From: Eledone cirrhosa
Lineage: Eukaryota
Assembly (NCBI GenBank): GCA_964016885.1
Contig: OZ024740.1
Location: 110,174,001 to 110,238,000 of the forward strand
Direction of reading: 5' to 3'
DNA: 64,000 nt
The position numbers and the translations under genes were made by a program. Shown here piece after piece: positions 27,357 to 37,268 of this stretch (its first letter is position 1; every line of letters starts with the position of its first letter). The notes below the pieces were generated by a model that searched no databases, was not told the DNA's origin, and saw only the letters and a program-made list of their open reading frames with translations.

Positions 27357-27429
<73 letters not shown>

Positions 27430-27977
27430 TATTAAAATAACAGATTAAAGTTTAAGCAAAGAATCGCTGCTTTCACCCTTAACTGGATCTTCTGAAACTA
27501 ACAAGGTCAATCTGTAAACGCAGAAGTGAATATTTAAAAAAACGTTGCAACCGGAGGAAGACAGGAAGACGATACTTTGGTTCGTGGAAACGTTCCCTGG
27601 CAAAGAACGGAAAAAAAACGAATATAATACGTCAAACAATTACACGCAAAGACAAAACCACGTTTATGGTATACAAGAAGTCGTAGACTAATATTCTATT
27701 AGGTGGTTCATAGAGACGTTCTCTGGCAATGAACGAAAAAAACGAAGATAATACGTCATATGTGGAGCGTGGAGAACAATTGCACGCAAAGACAAAACCA
27801 CGTAAATGGTATAACTGAAGTCGTAGACTAAAATTCTAACTAGGAAACCGAATGATTCTCGGCTTCAGAGTTAAGAATAAAGTAAATAAAATACAGAGGT
27901 AATTGAAATTAAATAAATACATACATGCATCCATATACGTACATACTCAAGCATACGCGAAAACTCCCGCCGTATAG

Positions 27978-28032
<55 letters not shown>

Positions 28033-28539
28033 CAATATATTTAGAAACACACAGATACATGCGGACACACGCATATACATGAATGCATCCACACCCAACC
28101 GTGAGTTAATGGTGCCAACCTCACCGATGTTGCTCAATGAATGACTGGGACAGACCAATCCGGTTGAATTAGACTGAACCGGTATCAGAGTTAAAAATAC
28201 GTTATGAAGAGAGAAGAAACATTTAGATATAATTAGTAATAAAATGTATCATACCTAAACTGCTCCCAGATTCCTCGACTACGTAGTTTCGTGGCATAAA
28301 CAAAAACAATACATCATAAAGATATAGAGTCTCTGCGAGGTCTGCCGACTTATCAAGAGGATACCTCATTTTACTAGCTTCAAGAACGCGTCTACACGAC
28401 GTGAGAAAGAATCCCAAAAGGCGGAGGGGGAGATAGTCACGCGATATAACGGTCGAGAAACAGAGCTAAGCCTCTTATAACCCCGAAGAAAATACCACGG
28501 AGGCGGAGGGGGTATTTATATCGAAGCCGTAGAAGAGAT

Positions 28540-28875
28540 ATATATATAAATAATATATATATATATAAATAATATATATATATATAAATAATATATATAT
28601 ATATAAATAATATATATATATAAATAATATATATATAAATAATATATATAAATAATATATATATATAGAAATAATATATATATATATAAATAATATATGT
28701 ATATATATATAAATAATATATATATATCTATATAAATAATATATATAAATAATATATATATATATATAAATAATATATATATAAATAATATATATATATA
28801 TATAAATAATATATATATATATAAATAATATATATATATATATATAAATAATATATATATATAAATAATATATAT
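28540..28875 (+). repeat. (TA)nAATAA compound microsatellite; resumes in the same orientation at 36241-37115
   Basis: Units of 'tatatataaataa' lie on the + strand on both sides of the palindrome. Confidence 0.9.
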
Positions 28876-29034
28876 ATATTGTTATACTTTGGGAGGGTCA
28901 TGTTGCCAATAAGAAACATACGCACCAGTTGCTTTCACTTCAATTTAATTTAATATATATTTATAAATTTACAAATTTATAAATTTCTGGTTGGTTGGTT
29001 GGTTCCACAACCAGATAGTTGTTTATATATATAT

Positions 29035-29079
29035 AGTCATAGTTCTTTCGTCACACACTCTGTGACCTCTTCAGTGACT
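29035..29079 (-). ncRNA. Minimal type I hammerhead ribozyme (left arm)
   Basis: Reverse complement of 35982-36026. Confidence 0.85.
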
Positions 29080-29376
29080 GGGGATTTCTTTCTTCGTTTC
29101 TGTGCCTTTCCTTTCTTCTATCCTACGCCATTTTGTTTGTGTGTGGGTTGCGTGCTCAGTTTGCGCATGCGCCACATCCGGGTGTCTGTGTGTGTTTGTG
29201 TTCATTTTTCTATTTTTCTATTTATATTTGTTTGTTTATTTATTTATTTATTGTTGGTTGGTTGTTTGTTCTATGTGTGTGTGTGTTTTCATTTTGTCTT
29301 GTGTGTGTTTTCATTTTGTGTGTGTTTTCAATTGTAAGTTGTTTGTTCTATGTGTGTGTGTGTTTTCATTTTGTCC

Positions 29377-32300
29377 TTAATTGTAAGTTGTGATGTTGCT
29401 GTTCCACTCATATTTTCTATTTAATTTTGGTTTTAATTCTTTTATGCTTACTGCCTCTGTAATTTGCCTAAACATTGCGTCTTTCTTGTGTGTGGATTCT
29501 ATTTTTATTTCTATGCTCTCTAATTTACCCCTGTGTTCTATCTTAGCATGTTGGTAGAGCACAGATGATTCTTTACTATCTTGGAGGTCTCGCCAGTGTT
29601 CATTTATTCGTTCCCCTATACTACGAGCTGTCTCACCTATGTACACTATATTTTTGTTTCTACATTGTCCCTCAGTACATCTTATGCTATATACTACATT
29701 TCTAGTTTTACAGTTAATATGGGGGCTTATTTTACAGGTTATACATTTCTTATCTATACATGAGGGTCTTTGGAACGGGTATGTCTTGCTAATAAGTGTT
29801 TTTACGGAGGTACCAGGTCTTTCTACTATCTTAATATTGAGATTATGTTTCTTTAGGGCCCTTCTAAATTTGTAGGCTAGTTCGCCTCTAGGGGTTGTAT
29901 TGATGAACATTACACTCTGGTATTTATTGCTATCATACCATGAGTTTATTCTATTGGCCTTGTTCTTAGTTCTTTCTATTCTATTCCAAAATTTGCTCCT
30001 ATACAAGGGGCAGGTCCCATTTATGTCATTATTTACCATTTTTTCCCATTTGGTTCTGGCTCCTTTATACACTCTGATTCTATCTCTCTGATTGTAGCCA
30101 GAGAACTGCATACGGTGGATGAAGTGTTGTATGTGTCTCTCTAGTTCTTCGGGGTTGCACATGCGGGACACATTTCTCATCACCCGTATCAAATCCGCAA
30201 TCAGTATGTTGATTTTGGTATGGTCCGAAATGGCCGAGTTTCGGTGGATCAGATGTTTGGAAGTCATGGGTTTGGCATAATGGGAATGGAGGATTTGTTT
30301 TTGGTTGTTAATAGTATCTAACCAGAGCTCTGTGTCTAGTACAGGTAATCGATGGTTGGGGTGTCTACTTGGGTAGTCTATAGTAACTCTAATGCTCTGG
30401 TGGATGGAGTTTGCTATTTGCTGGATGCTTTCCATTGTGTTTTTCTCAGGTTCCTGACTGTTCTTTAGTGGGGGTGTCTTAACTACGATGTTTATATCAT
30501 CTACGTAGCGGGAGTACATTATCAGGGTTAAGCTGTCTTCTAATTGTTCTTTAAGTTTTTGTTTAAGTCTACTGTCCCACCATACCATGAACAAGTTAGC
30601 TATGTCGCCTGCAATGCTAACACCAATGGCTGCTCCTTCCTCTTGGGCATATGTTTTACCATTAAATTTGAACATATGTTCCTTAAGGGTTAATTTTATG
30701 CTGGCCCCTACCGCATGTGCAATCATTTTCTTCAGTTCATCGTGGTTTTCGGGTGTCCGTATGGCTCTGGTCCACCCGTTCCATCTATCTGTGTGGGTTT
30801 TCTTGGCCATTGAGGTAATGGTAGGTGGTCTGCCTCTTGCTGGTCTTGTAGGGCACAGGTTGCTAAGGTCATAAGTGTCTAGGTAACTATTACTATGGGT
30901 AAGCTTAAGTAGAAGTCCCAGCTCACTGGTATCAATCCCACGGAACTCAACCTTGCTCTCGCTGATCATTTCGACGCATTTCTCCACAGCAAAATCCACG
31001 TCAATAGATGGATACAGGGACACAACATCCATACTGCCTATTATGCAGTTTGTTAGGTCCCCAGATCGGTTACCCGCGTCGATTCTGCTGAGGAGGTCCT
31101 CCGTGCTGTCACACACATCTGGGGACATCTCAATGATGGGGCGTATGATCAGGGAGAGGAAGTAGGACAGTCTGTAGTTACTAGCAATGTTAGCCCCACA
31201 GACTGGCCGTGTTGGTGGTCCCGCGACAGGGTCCCAGCCCGTTTTATGGTCTTTTCGAAGCCCATACAACGCCGGCACGTCATTGTTCCAGGCCTGGAAG
31301 TTGTTGGCAGTCCTTTTGTTGGGCTGCATTATATTTGTCCACATCACCATATGGGCATTGAGGGTTTTTTCTCTATCCTCATGCTCCTGTGGTGTTACCT
31401 CTCTTGTGTTAGTGATGTGGGGTTGCATTGCCTGGATGTAGTTTGGCAGGCTGTCAACCGACATTCTGCCAGACTTGTCTGTTGGAAAGCATGCTATCTC
31501 TCCATTACGCGAGCGCTGCATGAGCTTACGCAAGCCATTTGCAGATTCTTCTCCCAGTTGCTGGGCCTCTATTCTATTATGCTTCTTGCTATACTGTTCT
31601 ATAATATTTCTAAGTTCGGATTTAGCTATACTAAATTGTGCTTCTGTTTGTTCATCGACCTGCGACGGCAACTGCGTGCGTTTGTTAAATGGCAAAGTCG
31701 TGGCGTGGACTCGTCGTAGGTCGAATGATTTATCGGAGGGGTTATAAAACGGAGAGTTCCAGGCTGCTGCTTTATGTGTACTAGTGCTATTGTTAGTTGT
31801 GTTGTTTCTATTTCCACCAACAGCAGCAGCCTCAGCTTCATGGTTGTTTCTATGTCTCTCATAATTACTCCTGTCTCTTTCCACTGGCTCAATGTTGTTA
31901 TCTACCCTATTTTGTGTGTCTGTGTGTTCGTCTTGGTTATTCTCTTTGTCCTTAGTCTCCCTACTCCTTTTAATCCTATTACTTTCTCTTATTTCTCTGA
32001 TTTCTGTGCTACTGTCATTACTTGTTTTCTGTGTCTGTGTGTTTGTTAAGATTGTAGTGGTGGTGAGAGGCATTGAATGTGTGTGTGTTGTTGTTGTTGA
32101 TGTGTGTTGTTGTTGATGTGTGTTGTTGTCTCCGTGTGTGTGTGTGTTATCGTTGTTGTGTGTGTTGTTATTGTTGTTTGTGTTTGCGTGTCTGTTGTTG
32201 TTGTATCTGGGTATGTTGCTGTTGTTGTTGTTGTTGATGTGTGTGTTGTTGTTATTGTTGTCTCCGTGTGTGTTGTTATTGTTGTTTGTGTCTGCGTGTC

Positions 32301-32523
32301 TGTTGTATCTGGGTATGTTGCTATTGTTGGTATTGTATCTGGGTATGTTGCTATTGTTGTTGTTATTGTTGTTTGTGTCTGTGTGTCTGTTGTTGTTGGG
32401 ATGTGTGTTGTATATGTGTGTGCGTATATTGTTGCTTTTGTTTTTGTTTTTGATGCTCCAGCGTAGTTTCGTAAATGATTTTTCTATTTCTGACAGACAA
32501 CTAATTCTATTTCTGACAGACAA
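29377..32523 (-). CDS. Penelope-like RT and GIY-YIG polyprotein (left arm, uninterrupted, N-terminus cut at the apex)
   Basis: PTDKSGRM, ALYGLRKDHK, PTRPVCGA, GSMDVVSLYPSI, GAAIGVS, YSRYVDDI, LPVLDT, a Cys-rich linker CIDKKCITC, and VVYSIRC...YIGETARSIGERINEH...RQITEA...LNRKYEWN. Confidence 0.9.
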   Translation of the reverse strand: MSVRNRISCLSEIEKSFTKLRWSIKNKNKSNNIRTHIYNTHPNNNRHTDTNNNNNNNSNIPRYNTNNSNIPRYNRHADTNNNNNTHGDNNNNNTHINNNNNSNIPRYNNNRHANTNNNNNTHNNDNTHTHGDNNTHQQQHTSTTTTHTHSMPLTTTTILTNTQTQKTSNDSSTEIREIRESNRIKRSRETKDKENNQDEHTDTQNRVDNNIEPVERDRSNYERHRNNHEAEAAAVGGNRNNTTNNSTSTHKAAAWNSPFYNPSDKSFDLRRVHATTLPFNKRTQLPSQVDEQTEAQFSIAKSELRNIIEQYSKKHNRIEAQQLGEESANGLRKLMQRSRNGEIACFPTDKSGRMSVDSLPNYIQAMQPHITNTREVTPQEHEDREKTLNAHMVMWTNIMQPNKRTANNFQAWNNDVPALYGLRKDHKTGWDPVAGPPTRPVCGANIASNYRLSYFLSLIIRPIIEMSPDVCDSTEDLLSRIDAGNRSGDLTNCIIGSMDVVSLYPSIDVDFAVEKCVEMISESKVEFRGIDTSELGLLLKLTHSNSYLDTYDLSNLCPTRPARGRPPTITSMAKKTHTDRWNGWTRAIRTPENHDELKKMIAHAVGASIKLTLKEHMFKFNGKTYAQEEGAAIGVSIAGDIANLFMVWWDSRLKQKLKEQLEDSLTLIMYSRYVDDINIVVKTPPLKNSQEPEKNTMESIQQIANSIHQSIRVTIDYPSRHPNHRLPVLDTELWLDTINNQKQILHSHYAKPMTSKHLIHRNSAISDHTKINILIADLIRVMRNVSRMCNPEELERHIQHFIHRMQFSGYNQRDRIRVYKGARTKWEKMVNNDINGTCPLYRSKFWNRIERTKNKANRINSWYDSNKYQSVMFINTTPRGELAYKFRRALKKHNLNIKIVERPGTSVKTLISKTYPFQRPSCIDKKCITCKISPHINCKTRNVVYSIRCTEGQCRNKNIVYIGETARSIGERINEHWRDLQDSKESSVLYQHAKIEHRGKLESIEIKIESTHKKDAMFRQITEAVSIKELKPKLNRKYEWNSNITTYN

Positions 32524-32552
32524 CTAATCATATTTACCTTCTGAAGGTAAAT

Positions 32553-35500
32553 ATGATTAGTTGTCTGTCAGAAATAGAAAAATCATTTACGAAACTACGC
32601 TGGAGCATCAAAAACAAAAACAAAAGCAACAATATACGCACACACATATACAACACACATCCCAACAACAACAGACACACAGACACAAACAACAATAACA
32701 ACAACAATAGCAACATACCCAGATACAATACCAACAATAGCAACATACCCAGATACAACAGACACGCAGACACAAACAACAATAACAACACACACGGAGA
32801 CAACAATAACAACAACACACACATCAACAACAACAACAACAGCAACATACCCAGATACAACAACAACAGACACGCAAACACAAACAACAATAACAACACA
32901 CACAACAACGATAACACACACACACACGGAGACAACAACACACATCAACAACAACACACATCAACAACAACAACACACACACATTCAATGCCTCTCACCA
33001 CCACTACAATCTTAACAAACACACAGACACAGAAAACAAGTAATGACAGTAGCACAGAAATCAGAGAAATAAGAGAAAGTAATAGGATTAAAAGGAGTAG
33101 GGAGACTAAGGACAAAGAGAATAACCAAGACGAACACACAGACACACAAAATAGGGTAGATAACAACATTGAGCCAGTGGAAAGAGACAGGAGTAATTAT
33201 GAGAGACATAGAAACAACCATGAAGCTGAGGCTGCTGCTGTTGGTGGAAATAGAAACAACACAACTAACAATAGCACTAGTACACATAAAGCAGCAGCCT
33301 GGAACTCTCCGTTTTATAACCCCTCCGATAAATCATTCGACCTACGACGAGTCCACGCCACGACTTTGCCATTTAACAAACGCACGCAGTTGCCGTCGCA
33401 GGTCGATGAACAAACAGAAGCACAATTTAGTATAGCTAAATCCGAACTTAGAAATATTATAGAACAGTATAGCAAGAAGCATAATAGAATAGAGGCCCAG
33501 CAACTGGGAGAAGAATCTGCAAATGGCTTGCGTAAGCTCATGCAGCGCTCGCGTAATGGAGAGATAGCATGCTTTCCAACAGACAAGTCTGGCAGAATGT
33601 CGGTTGACAGCCTGCCAAACTACATCCAGGCAATGCAACCCCACATCACTAACACAAGAGAGGTAACACCACAGGAGCATGAGGATAGAGAAAAAACCCT
33701 CAATGCCCATATGGTGATGTGGACAAATATAATGCAGCCCAACAAAAGGACTGCCAACAACTTCCAGGCCTGGAACAATGACGTGCCGGCGTTGTATGGG
33801 CTTCGAAAAGACCATAAAACGGGCTGGGACCCTGTCGCGGGACCACCAACACGGCCAGTCTGTGGGGCTAACATTGCTAGTAACTACAGACTGTCCTACT
33901 TCCTCTCCCTGATCATACGCCCCATCATTGAGATGTCCCCAGATGTGTGTGACAGCACGGAGGACCTCCTCAGCAGAATCGACGCGGGTAACCGATCTGG
34001 GGACCTAACAAACTGCATAATAGGCAGTATGGATGTTGTGTCCCTGTATCCATCTATTGACGTGGATTTTGCTGTGGAGAAATGCGTCGAAATGATCAGC
34101 GAGAGCAAGGTTGAGTTCCGTGGGATTGATACCAGTGAGCTGGGACTTCTACTTAAGCTTACCCATAGTAATAGTTACCTAGACACTTATGACCTTAGCA
34201 ACCTGTGCCCTACAAGACCAGCAAGAGGCAGACCACCTACCATTACCTCAATGGCCAAGAAAACCCACACAGATAGATGGAACGGGTGGACCAGAGCCAT
34301 ACGGACACCCGAAAACCACGATGAACTGAAGAAAATGATTGCACATGCGGTAGGGGCCAGCATAAAATTAACCCTTAAGGAACATATGTTCAAATTTAAT
34401 GGTAAAACATATGCCCAAGAGGAAGGAGCAGCCATTGGTGTTAGCATTGCAGGCGACATAGCTAACTTGTTCATGGTATGGTGGGACAGTAGACTTAAAC
34501 AAAAACTTAAAGAACAATTAGAAGACAGCTTAACCCTGATAATGTACTCCCGCTACGTAGATGATATAAACATCGTAGTTAAGACACCCCCACTAAAGAA
34601 CAGTCAGGAACCTGAGAAAAACACAATGGAAAGCATCCAGCAAATAGCAAACTCCATCCACCAGAGCATTAGAGTTACTATAGACTACCCAAGTAGACAC
34701 CCCAACCATCGATTACCTGTACTAGACACAGAGCTCTGGTTAGATACTATTAACAACCAAAAACAAATCCTCCATTCCCATTATGCCAAACCCATGACTT
34801 CCAAACATCTGATCCACCGAAACTCGGCCATTTCGGACCATACCAAAATCAACATACTGATTGCGGATTTGATACGGGTGATGAGAAATGTGTCCCGCAT
34901 GTGCAACCCCGAAGAACTAGAGAGACACATACAACACTTCATCCACCGTATGCAGTTCTCTGGCTACAATCAGAGAGATAGAATCAGAGTGTATAAAGGA
35001 GCCAGAACCAAATGGGAAAAAATGGTAAATAATGACATAAATGGGACCTGCCCCTTGTATAGGAGCAAATTTTGGAATAGAATAGAAAGAACTAAGAACA
35101 AGGCCAATAGAATAAACTCATGGTATGATAGCAATAAATACCAGAGTGTAATGTTCATCAATACAACCCCTAGAGGCGAACTAGCCTACAAATTTAGAAG
35201 GGCCCTAAAGAAACATAATCTCAATATTAAGATAGTAGAAAGACCTGGTACCTCCGTAAAAACACTTATTAGCAAGACATACCCGTTCCAAAGACCCTCA
35301 TGTATAGATAAGAAATGTATAACCTGTAAAATAAGCCCCCATATTAACTGTAAAACTAGAAATGTAGTATATAGCATAAGATGTACTGAGGGACAATGTA
35401 GAAACAAAAATATAGTGTACATAGGTGAGACAGCTCGTAGTATAGGGGAACGAATAAATGAACACTGGCGAGACCTCCAAGATAGTAAAGAATCATCTGT

Positions 35501-35684
35501 GCTCTACCAACATGCTAAGATAGAACACAGGGGTAAATTAGAGAGCATAGAAATAAAAATAGAATCCACACACAAGAAAGACGCAATGTTTAGGCAAATT
35601 ACAGAGGCAGTAAGCATAAAAGAATTAAAACCAAAATTAAATAGAAAATATGAGTGGAACAGCAACATCACAACTTACAATTAA
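32553..35684 (+). CDS. Penelope-like RT and GIY-YIG polyprotein (right arm)
   Basis: Translation appears identical to the left arm from ISCLSEIEK onward, including the Asn/Thr/His low-complexity insert near the N-terminus. Confidence 0.9.
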   Translation: MISCLSEIEKSFTKLRWSIKNKNKSNNIRTHIYNTHPNNNRHTDTNNNNNNNSNIPRYNTNNSNIPRYNRHADTNNNNNTHGDNNNNNTHINNNNNSNIPRYNNNRHANTNNNNNTHNNDNTHTHGDNNTHQQQHTSTTTTHTHSMPLTTTTILTNTQTQKTSNDSSTEIREIRESNRIKRSRETKDKENNQDEHTDTQNRVDNNIEPVERDRSNYERHRNNHEAEAAAVGGNRNNTTNNSTSTHKAAAWNSPFYNPSDKSFDLRRVHATTLPFNKRTQLPSQVDEQTEAQFSIAKSELRNIIEQYSKKHNRIEAQQLGEESANGLRKLMQRSRNGEIACFPTDKSGRMSVDSLPNYIQAMQPHITNTREVTPQEHEDREKTLNAHMVMWTNIMQPNKRTANNFQAWNNDVPALYGLRKDHKTGWDPVAGPPTRPVCGANIASNYRLSYFLSLIIRPIIEMSPDVCDSTEDLLSRIDAGNRSGDLTNCIIGSMDVVSLYPSIDVDFAVEKCVEMISESKVEFRGIDTSELGLLLKLTHSNSYLDTYDLSNLCPTRPARGRPPTITSMAKKTHTDRWNGWTRAIRTPENHDELKKMIAHAVGASIKLTLKEHMFKFNGKTYAQEEGAAIGVSIAGDIANLFMVWWDSRLKQKLKEQLEDSLTLIMYSRYVDDINIVVKTPPLKNSQEPEKNTMESIQQIANSIHQSIRVTIDYPSRHPNHRLPVLDTELWLDTINNQKQILHSHYAKPMTSKHLIHRNSAISDHTKINILIADLIRVMRNVSRMCNPEELERHIQHFIHRMQFSGYNQRDRIRVYKGARTKWEKMVNNDINGTCPLYRSKFWNRIERTKNKANRINSWYDSNKYQSVMFINTTPRGELAYKFRRALKKHNLNIKIVERPGTSVKTLISKTYPFQRPSCIDKKCITCKISPHINCKTRNVVYSIRCTEGQCRNKNIVYIGETARSIGERINEHWRDLQDSKESSVLYQHAKIEHRGKLESIEIKIESTHKKDAMFRQITEAVSIKELKPKLNRKYEWNSNITTYN

Positions 35685-35981
35685 GGACAAAATGAAAACA
35701 CACACACACATAGAACAAACAACTTACAATTGAAAACACACACAAAATGAAAACACACACAAGACAAAATGAAAACACACACACACATAGAACAAACAAC
35801 CAACCAACAATAAATAAATAAATAAACAAACAAATATAAATAGAAAAATAGAAAAATGAACACAAACACACACAGACACCCGGATGTGGCGCATGCGCAA
35901 ACTGAGCACGCAACCCACACACAAACAAAATGGCGTAGGATAGAAGAAAGGAAAGGCACAGAAACGAAGAAAGAAATCCCC

Positions 35982-36026
35982 AGTCACTGAAGAGGTCACA
36001 GAGTGTGTGACGAAAGAACTATGACT
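35982..36026 (+). ncRNA. Minimal type I hammerhead ribozyme (right arm)
   Basis: agtca-CTGAAGA-g-gtcaca(gagtg)tgtgac-GAAA-gaac-TA-tgact. Perfect 5-bp stem I and 6-bp stem II, minimal stem III, CUA triplet. Confidence 0.85.
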
Positions 36027-37017
36027 ATATATATATAAACAACTATCTGGTTGTGGAACCAACCAACCAACCAGAAATTTATAAATTTGTAAATTTATAA
36101 ATATATATTAAATTAAATTGAAGTGAAAGCAACTGGTGCGTGTGTTTCTTATTGGCAACATGACCCTCCCAAAGTATAACAATATCGGTTTCAACACACG
36201 ATTTCAGATAAAGAATCTTGCTAAACAAATTCAGAAACGAAATATATATATATATATATATAAACAATATATATATAAATAATATATATATATATATAAA
36301 TAATATATATATATATATATAAACAATATATATATAAATAATATATATATATATATAAATAATATATATAAATAATATATATATATAAATAATATATATA
36401 TATATATATATAAATAATATATATATATCTATATAAATAATATATATAAATAATATATATATATATAAATAATATATATAAATAATATATATATATAAAT
36501 AATATATATGTATATATATATAAATAATATATATATATCTATATAAATAATATATATAAATAATATATATATATATAAATAATATATATATAAATAATAT
36601 ATATATATATATATATAAATAATATATATATATCTATATAAATAATATATATAAATAATATATATATATATATAAATAATATATATATAAATAATATATA
36701 TATATATAAATAATATATATATATATATATATAAATAATATATATATAAATAATATATATATATATAAATAATATATATAAATAATATATATAAATAATA
36801 TATATATATATATATAAATAATATATATATATATATATAATATATATATATATATATAAATAATATAATATATATATATATATATAAATAATATATATAT
36901 ATATATATAAATAATATAATATATATATATATAAATAATATAATATATATATATATATATATAAATAATATATATATATATATAAATAATATATATATAT
37001 ATATATAAATAATATAT

Positions 37018-37120
<103 letters not shown>

Positions 37121-37268
37121 TCTGCGTGTCTGGGCACATTGATGTACTCGTCAACGAAACTATAATGGCTCCCATTGGGTTGAGCTAAAAAATATAACCA
37201 CTGTACACATATATGTATTCCTAGATCTTTACAACTATAGTCGCACACTGGTGTATAAACTTAACAGT

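Larger units (their letters stand above)
24362..27360. mobile_element. Foldback insertion of a ~1265-bp non-coding HHR-bearing monomer (retrozyme-like), flanked by (TA)n
   Basis: The left arm 24362-25801 has its head repeated at about 25627. An inverted filler occupies 25799-25950. The right arm 25957-27360 is inverted and differently permuted. Three HHR copies are present. Confidence 0.9.
28876..36240. mobile_element. 7.3-kb head-to-head palindrome of a Penelope-like retroelement
   Basis: ORFs are mirrored (coordinates sum to 65061). The apex is tatttaccttc-t-gaaggtaaata at 32542, and each arm carries an HHR near its outer end. Confidence 0.95.

Noticed and set aside
27455-27500. Minus-strand CAGAAGA-tcc...gggt-GAAA hammerhead-like motif
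   Set aside because: The core is mutated and there is no convincing stem I or III; at best a decayed relic.
27575-27845. Two diverged ~130-bp tandem copies between (TA)n tracts
   Set aside because: The repeat is real, but I could find no intact ribozyme, ORF or termini to support a specific call.
28876-36240. Palindrome as a pure sequencing foldback artefact
   Set aside because: Not favoured, because the outer ends are unequal, the flanking satellite is not mirrored, and neighbouring diverged foldbacks share the geometry. It cannot be fully excluded without reads.
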